The position numbers and the translations under genes were made by a program. A model generated the notes under the pieces. That model worked only from the letters and a program-made list of their open reading frames with translations. It had not been told where the DNA came from and made no database searches. DNA of 63,499 nucleotides, the filler included, from an uncultured Methanosarcinales archaeon (lineage in GTDB: Archaea > Nanobdellota > Nanobdellia > Woesearchaeales > CAZXZL01), in assembly GCA_964645415.1 (NCBI GenBank). It is 5 parts of 5 records of this genome, joined end to end, with 100 filler letters (N's around TTAATTAATTAA, not from the genome) between each part and the next. Parts side by side here need not be neighbours in the genome. Positions count along the whole stretch, not along the records: positions 1 to 14,260 come from CAZXZL010000025.1; 4 more parts are not named here. The stretch is one strand, 5' to 3'. Below, in pieces: positions 1-9,946 of this stretch; the stretch's first letter is position 1, and the number at the start of each line of letters is the position of its first letter.

Positions 1-660
1 ACACACTTCTAAACTTTAGTTTAGTAATCTTTGATTTTATATGATTGACCAGGATAGTACCATATTTCATATGACACGTTAGTTTCTATAATATTCTATT
101 TCTTTCTGTTTTTGTTTTTATAAAATCCTTTTTTTTTTAATTTGGATGATTTGATCTCAAATTTTATCAAATTTGATAAGGATGGTACTATACTCCTTAT
201 AGCACTGTAGTTCCTATAGTATTCTATTTATTTCTGTTTTTGTTTTTATAAGTTTCTTCTTTTTTTATAAGATGATTTTGATTTCTACACTCTTTAGGTT
301 TTTATTTTCTACTCTCTTTAGGACTTTTTCTTCATCAAACTTTGAATACTATGTTTCAAGAGTTAGAAAATCTATGATTTTCGTAATGTTTATTCGTTTT
401 ACCTAAAGAATATGTATTCGTTTATTTTCTAAAGAGATTTTAGGACAAAATCCTCAAAATAAAAAGTAAAAGTTTTCATAAAATGAGATAGAAAATAATA
501 ATGAACTATAGAAATTTATGTGCCATTCTTTAGAATGGTACTATCCTTGCCAACTTACTAAACTAAAGTTTAGAACTGTTAAATTAGAAATTTAAAAGTG
601 TGATAAAAGTTGAGGGCAAAATCCTCAAAATAAAAAGTAAAAGTTTTCATAAAATTACAT
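1..660. repeat. Mosaic cluster of a dispersed non-coding hairpin repeat family
   Basis: Hairpin module GTG..GTAC at 57-77 and 185-205 (minus sense) and 520-541 (plus). CTAAACT-NN-AGTTTAG hairpin at about 9-24 and inverted at about 558-573. Exact 39-bp direct repeat at 446-484 and 617-655. Same modules recur at 14361-14470, 33620-34060 and 52490-52907. Confidence 0.85.
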
Positions 661-756
661 AGAAAAGAATTTTATTTTGATTTCACTATCTTAAATTTTA
701 ATTTGATTTTTTATTTTTGACTTTATTAAAATGCTTTGTTTTTTTATTTCAATAAG

Positions 757-894
757 TTTATATATACGCTTTTATTTCATGTTGTATTATAATAGCAAGG
801 TTTTTCACTCATTATTCATTATTATCATATATCACATTGTACGATTAATTCTGTACTCGCGAGTGAGAGTTCTTGCTGTGTTTTAATAGAGGTG
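757..894 (+). promoter_or_regulatory. TATA box, structured 5' leader and SD of dnaG
   Basis: TTTATATA near 757-764; long imperfect stem 792-810/861-879; GAGGTG at 889-894 before the ATG at 902. Confidence 0.55.
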
Positions 895-901
895 TAAAAA
901 A

Positions 902-2200
902 ATGGGAAAGATTAGTTTAATGGCAGCAAAATATATTATTCATGGTTCTATTTCTGTTGACGGAATGGTTGATAAACCAGATGTAATTGGTGCAATATTT
1001 GGTCAAACTGAAGGACTTTTAGGATCAGAATTAGAACTGAGAGAACTTCAAAAAAGTGGAAGAATAGGTAGAATTGAAGTAACTTTAAATAATAAAAGTG
1101 GAAAAACTGAAGGAGTTATAACTATCCCTTCAAGTTTAGATAAATCTGAAACTTGTATTGTTGGAGCAGCTCTTGAAGTTATTCAAAGAATTGGTCCTTG
1201 TGATTCTGAAATTGAAATAACTAAGATAGAAGATGTTAGAGTATCAAAAAGGAAGTATATTGTAAATAGAGCAAAAGGTCTTCTTAAAGATATGGTTGAT
1301 AAAGTATTTCCTGATTCACAAGAGATTTCTAATGAAGTTGCATCTTCTGTTAGAGTAATGGAACTTCAAACCTATGGTAGAGATAAATTACCATCAGGTC
1401 CAAATATTGGAGATGTTGAAGAAATTATTATAGTAGAAGGAAGAGCTGATGTTATTAATCTATTGAAAAATGGATTTAAAAATGTAATTTCAATGAATGG
1501 TTCAAATGTACCTAAAACAATTAAAAACTTGAGTAACAAAAAGATTACAACAGTATTTTTAGATGGTGATAGAGGAGGTTTTCTTGAAATGAAACAACTC
1601 TTAACTGTTGCTGATGTTGATTTTGTTGCAAGAGCTCCTGATGGAAAAGAAGTTGAAGAATTAACTAAAAAAGAGATTCATAAATGTCTTAGGTCAAAAA
1701 TTACTGCAGACCAAGCTAAATTAGATTATAATATTGGAAAAAAATCTAAGTCTAGTAGTAAAAAATCTAGAAAATCAAGTAAAAGAAGTAGATCTAAGAA
1801 AAGCTCAAGAAAAAGTAACAAAAAAAGCTCTAGATCAAAAAGTAAAAATTCTAAGTCATCAAAAAGTTCTAAAAGAAAATCTAAAAACAGTAAAGCAAAG
1901 AAAGTTTCAAAAGAAGAAAAAGAAACACTAAAAGATGTTTTAGAAGATCTTGTAGGAACTAGAGGTGCTTATTTACTTGATGACAATCTTGATATTTTAG
2001 GAAAAGTACCAACAAGAGAATTAATTAGTACTTTAAATGGTCTTGATGAAGATGGTGTTTATGCAGTTGTATTTGATGGTGACATAAGAGATAATATTGT
2101 CTCTGTTGCTGAAAATATGGGTTTAAAGTATGTTGTTGGTATGAAAAATAATGCAAAGAAATCATCTAATGTCGTTTTATTATCACAAAACGATCTTTAG
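902..2200 (+). CDS. dnaG: Archaeal DnaG-type primase (exosome-associated) with Lys/Ser-rich insertion
   Basis: DVIGAIFGQTEGLLG, LRELQKSGRIGRI, TOPRIM motifs IIVEGRADV and FLDGDRGG, GKEVEEL. Confidence 0.95.
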   Translation: MGKISLMAAKYIIHGSISVDGMVDKPDVIGAIFGQTEGLLGSELELRELQKSGRIGRIEVTLNNKSGKTEGVITIPSSLDKSETCIVGAALEVIQRIGPCDSEIEITKIEDVRVSKRKYIVNRAKGLLKDMVDKVFPDSQEISNEVASSVRVMELQTYGRDKLPSGPNIGDVEEIIIVEGRADVINLLKNGFKNVISMNGSNVPKTIKNLSNKKITTVFLDGDRGGFLEMKQLLTVADVDFVARAPDGKEVEELTKKEIHKCLRSKITADQAKLDYNIGKKSKSSSKKSRKSSKRSRSKKSSRKSNKKSSRSKSKNSKSSKSSKRKSKNSKAKKVSKEEKETLKDVLEDLVGTRGAYLLDDNLDILGKVPTRELISTLNGLDEDGVYAVVFDGDIRDNIVSVAENMGLKYVVGMKNNAKKSSNVVLLSQNDL

Positions 2201-2243
2201 TTTTTTTCTTTAAATTTATATATTATTTTTCTTTTTTCTTTTT

Positions 2244-2636
2244 ATGACTCATCCTAAAAAACTTCATCAAGAAGTAATAATTTGGTATGTTGTTCCTTAT
2301 ATTAGGAAATCTATTGTTGACTTTCTCAAAGAAAAATCAATAAAACAAGTAGATATAGCTAATTTTTTAGATATTACTCCAAGTGCTGTTAGTCAATATT
2401 TACATTCTAAAAGAGGTAATTTGAGTGGAGATTTTGATGAGAAGGTAAAAAATAAGATTAAACAAATCTTTGGAGAAAAATTTAATCTAGAAGATTTTAA
2501 TTCTAGAAAAATAATCTGTGAGTTAATTTATTTTATTGAACAAACTTCTATTTGTTGTAAAATTCATAGAGAAGTTGAAGATTTTGATAAATGTTGTTGC
2601 GATTTTTGTAGCGCAAGAAATAAATCTTTAATTTAA
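2244..2636 (+). CDS. Predicted HTH transcriptional regulator (archaeal COG2522-like) with Cys-rich tail
   Basis: QVDIANFLDITPSAVSQYLHSKRG HTH; C-terminal CKIH..CCCDFC. Confidence 0.8.
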   Translation: MTHPKKLHQEVIIWYVVPYIRKSIVDFLKEKSIKQVDIANFLDITPSAVSQYLHSKRGNLSGDFDEKVKNKIKQIFGEKFNLEDFNSRKIICELIYFIEQTSICCKIHREVEDFDKCCCDFCSARNKSLI

Positions 2637-2640
2637 TATT

Positions 2641-3426
2641 TCAATCTTTTTTATCTATTTCTTTTTTGTTCTTTTTATTTTTTTTATGATAAAAATATGT
2701 GGTTATAATAATTGTTAAAATAGATAGATACTGACCCATTGTCATTGGACCTATAAACTCAAAGGTTTTAAGATATTCAATAAAAAATCTAGAAATTGAA
2801 TAAAATATAATTGTAAAATATAACTTATCTGAAAATAATTTATTTTTTAATTTATCATTTAATACTAATATAGCAAAAATAATAATATATACTAATGCTT
2901 CATAAAGTTGAGCTGGATGTCTACAACCAGAATACGTTTTAAAAACAACACACCATGGAACACTTGTTTCTATACCAACTATTTCATGATTAAAGAAATT
3001 TGCAATTCTTCCAAGTGCTAATATTAATGTTAAAGGTTTTATAATTACATTTAATAACTGAATCATTGAAAAATTATTTTTCTTAGAATAATATAAAACT
3101 ACTAATAAAAATCCAATTATTCCTCCATGTATAGATAATCCACCTTCCCAAACTCTAAAAATTCTTATTAAGTTTTGAAGGTAATAACTAGGATTGTAAA
3201 AAATAACATTTATCAGTCTAGCAAAAATAATCATATTAATAAATCCAAAGAATATCATTCCATCAATATCTTCTTCAGTTAGATTGAACTTATTTCTATT
3301 TTTATTTAATATATAATAAACAACTAAAGCTCCAATAATGAATACTAAACTATATATCCTTAAATCTATATTGAATCCAAAGATTTCAAAACTAAAAAGT
3401 ATTGGATCTAATGTATTTTTAATCAT
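2641..3426 (-). CDS. lgt: Prolipoprotein diacylglyceryl transferase
   Basis: WEGGLSIHGG, GRIANFFNHE, HPAQLYE, RFFIEY; multiple TM helices. Confidence 0.9.
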   Translation of the reverse strand: MIKNTLDPILFSFEIFGFNIDLRIYSLVFIIGALVVYYILNKNRNKFNLTEEDIDGMIFFGFINMIIFARLINVIFYNPSYYLQNLIRIFRVWEGGLSIHGGIIGFLLVVLYYSKKNNFSMIQLLNVIIKPLTLILALGRIANFFNHEIVGIETSVPWCVVFKTYSGCRHPAQLYEALVYIIIFAILVLNDKLKNKLFSDKLYFTIIFYSISRFFIEYLKTFEFIGPMTMGQYLSILTIIITTYFYHKKNKKNKKEIDKKD

Positions 3427-3613
3427 ATTAAATACCTAATCTAATCTCATTATAATTTTTTTTAAATTTTTCTTAAATAAACAAAAGATTTTTAAGTAAA
3501 TCTTATCATTTAATTTAAAGTATATTAAAAAAAAATTCATATTTGTTTAAGAATTTATTTATAAATAAAATTTTGATGATCTTGTTTTATTAAAAATAAT
3601 AATTATATAAAAA

Positions 3614-4693
3614 ATGCTAAAAAAAGAAAATATGGGAAAGTTATTTTGGATAATTTTACTTTTGATATTCATAATTTTATCAGTAACAATTTTAACTCCT
3701 TTTTTTATTTCAATTTTATCTGCAATATTAATTGCATTTTTCTTTAGGCCTTTAGATAACTTTTTTCAAAAAAAATTACCTGGTATTGCCTCTAGACTTT
3801 TAATATTATTTTTATTCATTCTTATTGTGTTTGGTCCTTTAACAATTTTTTCTTTAAAAATTGTTTCTGAAGGAATGGTTCTTGCAGGAAGAGCAACTGA
3901 ATTAGAAGATTTAGTTTCAGAATGCTTTAATGAAGAAGTTCAAGAAAATTTATTCTGTTCTTTTGTTAATTCAATTTCTCAATTTAGAGTTCAAGAATCA
4001 GGCTTTACTTTTGAAATCACTTCAAGATTAGTTAGTGGTCTTGAAGATATTTTATATACTTTTACTTCTTATATTTATAATATTTTATTCAATATCCCAA
4101 TTTTTATTTTTTATTTCTTTATTACTTTATTTATCTCTTATTTTTTACTTCGTGATGGAGATAAGATTTATGATGCTGTTAAAGATTCTATTCCACTAAA
4201 AAAGAGTCATTATTATGAATTTATTAGTAGTTTTAAATATATTTTAAAAGGAATCTTATATGGTAACTTTTTAACCGCTTTACTTCAAGGTTTAATTGCA
4301 TTTATTGTATTTTTAATTTTTGGATTTGATTCTGCTATTTTTTGGGGATTTGTTGTTGCAGTTATAGCTTTTATACCTATGGTTGGAGCTTTCTTTGGTT
4401 GGTTACCAATTATTCTTTACAATTTAATTACTGGATTAATTACTTCAAATTCAACTTCAATTATTATTTCAATTGTACTTTTAATTATTTCATTATTAAT
4501 TACTCTCTCTATTGACAATATAATAAGACCTGTATTAATTGGAGAGAAAGGAAATTTACATCCTTTATTAGTATTTTTAGGTGTTTTTGGTGGAATTACA
4601 TTTATTGGACCTATTGGTCTTTTTTATGGTCCTTTTATTTTACAAGTTACTGTAAATATGATTAATTCTATTATGATTGAATTAACAAATTAG
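3614..4693 (+). CDS. AI-2E (PerM) family membrane transporter
   Basis: YFLLRDG, FIPMVGA, IDNIIRP, HPLLVFLGVFGG..FGPIGLFYGP. Confidence 0.9.
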   Translation: MLKKENMGKLFWIILLLIFIILSVTILTPFFISILSAILIAFFFRPLDNFFQKKLPGIASRLLILFLFILIVFGPLTIFSLKIVSEGMVLAGRATELEDLVSECFNEEVQENLFCSFVNSISQFRVQESGFTFEITSRLVSGLEDILYTFTSYIYNILFNIPIFIFYFFITLFISYFLLRDGDKIYDAVKDSIPLKKSHYYEFISSFKYILKGILYGNFLTALLQGLIAFIVFLIFGFDSAIFWGFVVAVIAFIPMVGAFFGWLPIILYNLITGLITSNSTSIIISIVLLIISLLITLSIDNIIRPVLIGEKGNLHPLLVFLGVFGGITFIGPIGLFYGPFILQVTVNMINSIMIELTN

Positions 4694-4698
4694 ATTAG

Positions 4699-6186
4699 GT
4701 GTTTTATATGGATATGAAAATAAAAAGAATAGAAGCAAGAACGGGAAATTTGATTTCAATGTTAAATCAAAAAGATGCTAAAAAATTAGGAATATTTTCT
4801 GGTGAAAGAGTTGAGATTGATTATAATGGTAAAACTATTGTGACTATTGCTGATGTTACAACTAATAATAAAATAATTCCTGAAGGTGAAATTGGAATTT
4901 TTGAAGATGTTTTTGATAAGTATGATATTGATGAAAATATTAATGTAGATGTTCACTTAGCAAGTTTACCTGAATCAATTCAATATGTTAGAGAAAAACT
5001 TGATGGAAAAAAATTAAATGAAGAAAAAATATTCTCTATTGTTGAATCTATTGTTAGTCATAAATTAACTGATGTTGAAACAACTTATTTTTTATCAGGT
5101 TCTTATATTAATGGAATTGATGATGAAGAATCAGCTTATTTAACTAAAGCAATGGCTGAGACTGGAGATGTAGTCACTTTTGATGGTGACGTTCTTGATT
5201 TACATTGTGTTGGTGGTGTTCCAGGTAATAGAACTACAATGTTAGTTGTTCCAATTATTGCTTCATTAGGATATAAAATACCTAAAGCTAGTTCTAGAGC
5301 AATAACAAGTCCTGCTGGAACAGCGGATACAATGGAATTATTTTGTAATGTTACTCTTAATGCAGAAAAGATAAAAGAAGCTGTTGAAGATATAAATGGT
5401 TGTCTTGTATGGGGTGGAGGGATGAATATTGCTCCTGCTGACGATTATATGATTGATTTAAGACATACAATGAGTTTAGATCCTACTGGGATTATGCTTG
5501 CAAGTATTTTAGCAAAGAAATATGCTATGGGTTCAAATAAAGTTTTATTAGATATTCCTATTGGTGAAACTGCTAAATTTAATAAAAAAGAAGCTAATAA
5601 ATTGAAGAAAAGATTTAAGGCTTTATCAGATCATCTAGGTATTGAAATGGAAATTATAATCACTGATGGAAGTCAACCTATTGGAAATGGAATTGGTGTT
5701 TCTCTTGAGTGTAGAGATGTTATCTGGTGTTTAACGGGTCATAAAAATGCGCCTAAAGATTTAATAGATAAATCTATTTATATGGCAAAGACAATGCTTG
5801 AGATGGTTGGTGAAGAAGATGCTGAAAAGAAAGTTTTAAATTCATTAAATTCCGGAAAAGCTTATGAAAAATTCATTGAGATGATTGATTTTCAAGGTAG
5901 AAATAAAAAAGATATTGAACAAATAAGGCTTGGGAATCATTCTTATAAAGTTAAATCAAAAAAATCTGGTAAACTAAGTTTTATTGACAATAAGTTTGTT
6001 GCAAGACTTTCAAAATCATTAGGTGCTCCTGATGATAAATATGCTGGAATTTATCTTAAAAAACATCTTAATGATAAAGTAAATGAGTCTGATACTTTAT
6101 TTGAAATTTATTCTGACTCCCAGAAGAGATTGGAATCGTCAAAAAAGATGTTAGATGACTTTCATGAATACTTTATAGTTTCTTAA
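4699..6186 (+). CDS. deoA: AMP phosphorylase (thymidine phosphorylase family); true start probably ATG 4708
   Basis: HCVGGVPGNRTT, KASSRAITSPAGTAD, WGGGMNIAPADD, TDGSQPIGNGIG; N-terminal AMPpase extension. Confidence 0.92.
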   Translation: MFYMDMKIKRIEARTGNLISMLNQKDAKKLGIFSGERVEIDYNGKTIVTIADVTTNNKIIPEGEIGIFEDVFDKYDIDENINVDVHLASLPESIQYVREKLDGKKLNEEKIFSIVESIVSHKLTDVETTYFLSGSYINGIDDEESAYLTKAMAETGDVVTFDGDVLDLHCVGGVPGNRTTMLVVPIIASLGYKIPKASSRAITSPAGTADTMELFCNVTLNAEKIKEAVEDINGCLVWGGGMNIAPADDYMIDLRHTMSLDPTGIMLASILAKKYAMGSNKVLLDIPIGETAKFNKKEANKLKKRFKALSDHLGIEMEIIITDGSQPIGNGIGVSLECRDVIWCLTGHKNAPKDLIDKSIYMAKTMLEMVGEEDAEKKVLNSLNSGKAYEKFIEMIDFQGRNKKDIEQIRLGNHSYKVKSKKSGKLSFIDNKFVARLSKSLGAPDDKYAGIYLKKHLNDKVNESDTLFEIYSDSQKRLESSKKMLDDFHEYFIVS

Positions 6187-6231
6187 CATTTAATTGAAAA
6201 ATTATAAATACTATTAATAAATAGTAAATTT

Positions 6232-6561
6232 ATGTTAAGAAAACTAAAAGATTTTCTAGGTCATCTTGATCTTTATGAGCTTCAAAGATTTAAAAACTTA
6301 ATTAAAGAAGATAGTTCTAAAATATTGAAGCTATTAAATAATGAGATAAAGAAATATGAATTTGAAAAAAATTCATACTGTGCTGTGTGTGGAACAAGGA
6401 TTGAAAAAAAGGACTACAATTATACTTTAATTTTTGGTCCTGATGATTTTAAAAAGAAAGCAAGTTTTTGTGAAAAAGATTGTATGGAATATTTTATGAA
6501 TCATATAAAAAATAACAAAAGGAATGATAAGGCAGGATTGATTGAAAAAGATTATTTCTAA
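6232..6561 (+). CDS. Small protein with TRASH/YHS-like metal-binding motif
   Basis: CAVCG...FCEKDC. Confidence 0.6.
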   Translation: MLRKLKDFLGHLDLYELQRFKNLIKEDSSKILKLLNNEIKKYEFEKNSYCAVCGTRIEKKDYNYTLIFGPDDFKKKASFCEKDCMEYFMNHIKNNKRNDKAGLIEKDYF

Positions 6562-6720
6562 ACCGACCAATTTTTTTAAATAAAGGTAACATTTAAAAAC
6601 TATTAGATGTAATTTATAGTATATTACTTTAAGTTTTTATTTAATCATAATACTATTATTTAGATAATGATTGTATGTTATTGATTTAGAATATATTTAT
6701 TTTCCGCTTGGTGAGCCTAT

Positions 6721-7431
6721 ATGAGAATAAGATTTGATTTATTAATTAGAGATCCTATTTTTTGGTTATTAATTGTATCTTGGATGTTATTTTTCTTGAT
6801 TAGTTTTTTACATAAATCTTTCACTATTAAAAATGCTAAAAAATCTTTAAATTCTATTACTAGAAGATTAGATGCTGTTTATTTACCAAAGGGAATTGGA
6901 TTTAATGAAGCAAAAAAAAGAGTTGTAAATAATGATTCAATTAATAATGATTTTAATGTTATCTTAAACAAATCTCTTAATATTGTAAAAAATGAGATAT
7001 CTAACTCAGATTTAACAGTTGGAATGGTTGGAGGATTATTTTTTGTTCTTGATATTAATTCTAACGATTTTAATTTAAATGGACATATAGGAACAAGAAT
7101 AAGAGTCCCATTAAATAGAAGTTTTAATATTAATTTAAAATCTAAATCATTTTTTGATTCAATTAAATATAACTTTAATTTTTTTAATAAAAGTATTGTT
7201 GAAAATAGATATGTTATTGATTCAGAAAATAAAGAAATTTTTTCAAAAATGTTACAGAATAATAGTTTTAAAGAAAATATAAAACATTTACCAAAATTCT
7301 CTTTATATGTTGAAGAAGATATTTTAACTTTATTTGTTCCAGAAATAGTTGATAGTAAAAATAAAATTTCTAACTTAATATTTTCTTCTGTTGGATTTGT
7401 AAAATTATTATATAGCTATGGAAGTGATTAA
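6721..7431 (+). CDS. Hypothetical protein with N-terminal TM anchor
   Basis: 236-aa ORF, hydrophobic residues about 13-31, SD-like GGTGAG upstream. Confidence 0.6.
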   Translation: MRIRFDLLIRDPIFWLLIVSWMLFFLISFLHKSFTIKNAKKSLNSITRRLDAVYLPKGIGFNEAKKRVVNNDSINNDFNVILNKSLNIVKNEISNSDLTVGMVGGLFFVLDINSNDFNLNGHIGTRIRVPLNRSFNINLKSKSFFDSIKYNFNFFNKSIVENRYVIDSENKEIFSKMLQNNSFKENIKHLPKFSLYVEEDILTLFVPEIVDSKNKISNLIFSSVGFVKLLYSYGSD

Positions 7432-8227
7432 GATGGATTTTGAAATGAAGAAAAAATTTGATAAAAAAAATAATTATGAAAGTAAAGAAATTGAGATCGT
7501 CCAAAAATTTGCTAAAAAATTAGAAGGTGAACTTAATGACCTTTTATTTTCAGTAGTTATATTTGGTAGTTCTGTTAAAAACAAAAATAAAGAATCTAAT
7601 GATATTGATGTATTTGTTATTTTAAATGATAGTGAGTTTTCATTTAATGAAGAGATTGTTAATTCATACCAAATCATTTTAAAAAAGATAATAAGTTCTG
7701 TATCTTCAAAGTTACACGTTACTTCTGTTAGACTTACAAAATTTTGGAAATATGTTAAAGATGGTGATGCTGTTATAATTAATGTATTAAGAGAAGGTTT
7801 TCCTGTTTATGATAGAGGGATTATTTTACCTTTGAAATCTATGTTATTTTCAGGATTTATTAAGCCAACTCCTGAATCTGTTTATGTTTATCATCGAAGA
7901 AGTAAAGAAACATTATTAGATTCAAGATTAAATGTATTAAAAGCAATAAATGATTTGTATTGGTCTGTTATTGATTCTGCTCATTCTATTTTAATGTCTC
8001 ACAATATTATTCCTCCTTCTCCAGAACATATTGCAAAATACATTAAAGAATACAAAGATGAAATTGGATTAGAAGATGAGTATGTGAGAGTTGTTAAGTT
8101 ATTTTATAAAATCTATAAAAAGATTGAACATGAAAAAGTAAAATCATTTTCAGGACAAGATTATGATAACCTTTATGAGTTTGCAAATAAATTTGTAAAG
8201 AAAGTTAATGAACTACTTAGTGATTAA
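7418..8227 (+). CDS. Minimal nucleotidyltransferase fused to a HEPN-like domain
   Basis: FGS-x10-DID motif; C-terminal helical LYWSVIDSAHSILM..PPSPEH..KKIEH segment. Confidence 0.8.
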   Translation: MEVIKMDFEMKKKFDKKNNYESKEIEIVQKFAKKLEGELNDLLFSVVIFGSSVKNKNKESNDIDVFVILNDSEFSFNEEIVNSYQIILKKIISSVSSKLHVTSVRLTKFWKYVKDGDAVIINVLREGFPVYDRGIILPLKSMLFSGFIKPTPESVYVYHRRSKETLLDSRLNVLKAINDLYWSVIDSAHSILMSHNIIPPSPEHIAKYIKEYKDEIGLEDEYVRVVKLFYKIYKKIEHEKVKSFSGQDYDNLYEFANKFVKKVNELLSD

Positions 8228-8424
8228 AATTCTAAATATAATATTTTATTTATCTTGTTTTTTATTTTTCTAAATAGCTCTATTACTTCTTATCATTTTT
8301 ATCATCTATTTTTATTTATTTAATTAAAAGTTCTTCCATTATTCTTTTTATTTCTTAAATCATTTTCAATTTTTTTCTAATAATATATTTTAAGATATAA
8401 AACTAACAATTAACAGGTGAAATA

Positions 8425-9345
8425 ATGTCAGATGATAATTATGAAAAAATAAATTTTGAAGATTACCTTAGTACTAATGATCATAAAGAAAGAATTGAAG
8501 ATATTGTTGAAGAGCATGAAAATAAAGAAGGAGGATTAATTAGTAAATTACTTGGTAGAGGAAAGAAAAAGATATTAAATCACCGTATTGATAATTTAAA
8601 GGATGCAAAATATGAACTAAAAAAAGCTTGTAGTGAAATTGAAAATAAGTATAAAGATTATTATAAAAAAACTGATGAATTATATGAAAATTATATTAAT
8701 AGTCAAAATGAATTAGAAAAAATTAATAAAAATTTAAGGTCTTATCTGTCAAAAAAAGAAAATTTAGAATCAAAAATTAATTCTGTTGAATCTTCTAAAG
8801 AAGAAATGAAATTACTTAGAAAAAAGAGAAAAAATGAGAATCAAATTAGACTTGGTAAAGTTGCAAGAACAAGCCAACTCAAAAAAGTAAAAAAAGAAAA
8901 AAAATTATATTCTTTAACAGATAAATTCACATTAATTTATTCTACTATGCTTGCAAATACTAGAAGTATATATGAAACTTTAGATACTCAAATTGAATAT
9001 CTTAAATACTTTAAAGGTGTTGAAAATCCAAAAGAGAAACTATTTAAAAATTCTACAAAAGGTTTAGTTAATGGTTTAAAAGGCATTGATGAAAGTAATG
9101 AACTTCTTGAAAAAACACTAGAAGAGATACAATCATTAAATAATTTAGGAGAAAGCCTTTCTGTAAGTGAAAATGGTCTTGAAGAAGCTGAAGAAAAACT
9201 GAAGAAGTTTGAAAAGAAAGTGAATGAAAATACACAAGAACTTGAAGAAAAAATGAATAAACAATTAGAAAAATTAGGTATTGAATTTTTTGAAAAAGAA
9301 AAAATCGTTGATAAAAATGAAGAAGGTGGTTTGGATGAACTATGA
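8425..9345 (+). CDS. Coiled-coil protein, first gene of a 4-gene operon
   Basis: Heptad-rich; amphipathic GGLISKLLGRGKKK; SD AGGTGA. Confidence 0.7.
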   Translation: MSDDNYEKINFEDYLSTNDHKERIEDIVEEHENKEGGLISKLLGRGKKKILNHRIDNLKDAKYELKKACSEIENKYKDYYKKTDELYENYINSQNELEKINKNLRSYLSKKENLESKINSVESSKEEMKLLRKKRKNENQIRLGKVARTSQLKKVKKEKKLYSLTDKFTLIYSTMLANTRSIYETLDTQIEYLKYFKGVENPKEKLFKNSTKGLVNGLKGIDESNELLEKTLEEIQSLNNLGESLSVSENGLEEAEEKLKKFEKKVNENTQELEEKMNKQLEKLGIEFFEKEKIVDKNEEGGLDEL

Positions 9346-9946
9346 TATTTCTGATTTAGAAATTTTAACAGATGAGTATCAAAGTAACAATGAAAGATTA
9401 AAGTATTTACAAGGAGTTAAAAATATTGAAGAACATCTAGATATCAATCTTTATGATTTAGAAATTTTATTAACTTATTCAATGATTGATAATGATGTTA
9501 AATGGTTTGATGATATTATTAATAATAGTAATTATACTGATGTTAATAAATTTGATTTATGTGATTTTTTATTAGATAAAAATATACAAAACAATACTAA
9601 ATCTTTAGTGAAATCTATTTTTTCAAGTAGCGAAGATAATAAAATATCAAGAGTTAGTGGTAATAATTATGTCATATATTCTAATAATTTAAATGAATCT
9701 CCTTTATTAAAAGTTTATAAATTTGAACATAAATCAAAAAGAAAGAAATTATTCTTTAAATCAAAAGAGCTTTCTATTCGTAAGAAATATTTAATTAAAT
9801 CGCTTGATGATCTAATTACTCCTATTGAATATTTCATTGAAGATGATTCAACTATAGAAAAAAAATCATTGACTAAAAATAAATTTTTCTTTGAAGACTT
9901 TAATCCTTATAATTATCTTAAGAGGTTGATTTTAGATGGTGAATAA
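9335..9946 (+). CDS. Hypothetical protein (start moved to ATG 9335)
   Basis: GAAGGTGG SD before ATG 9335; overlaps both neighbours. Confidence 0.6.
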   Translation: MNYDISDLEILTDEYQSNNERLKYLQGVKNIEEHLDINLYDLEILLTYSMIDNDVKWFDDIINNSNYTDVNKFDLCDFLLDKNIQNNTKSLVKSIFSSSEDNKISRVSGNNYVIYSNNLNESPLLKVYKFEHKSKRKKLFFKSKELSIRKKYLIKSLDDLITPIEYFIEDDSTIEKKSLTKNKFFFEDFNPYNYLKRLILDGE

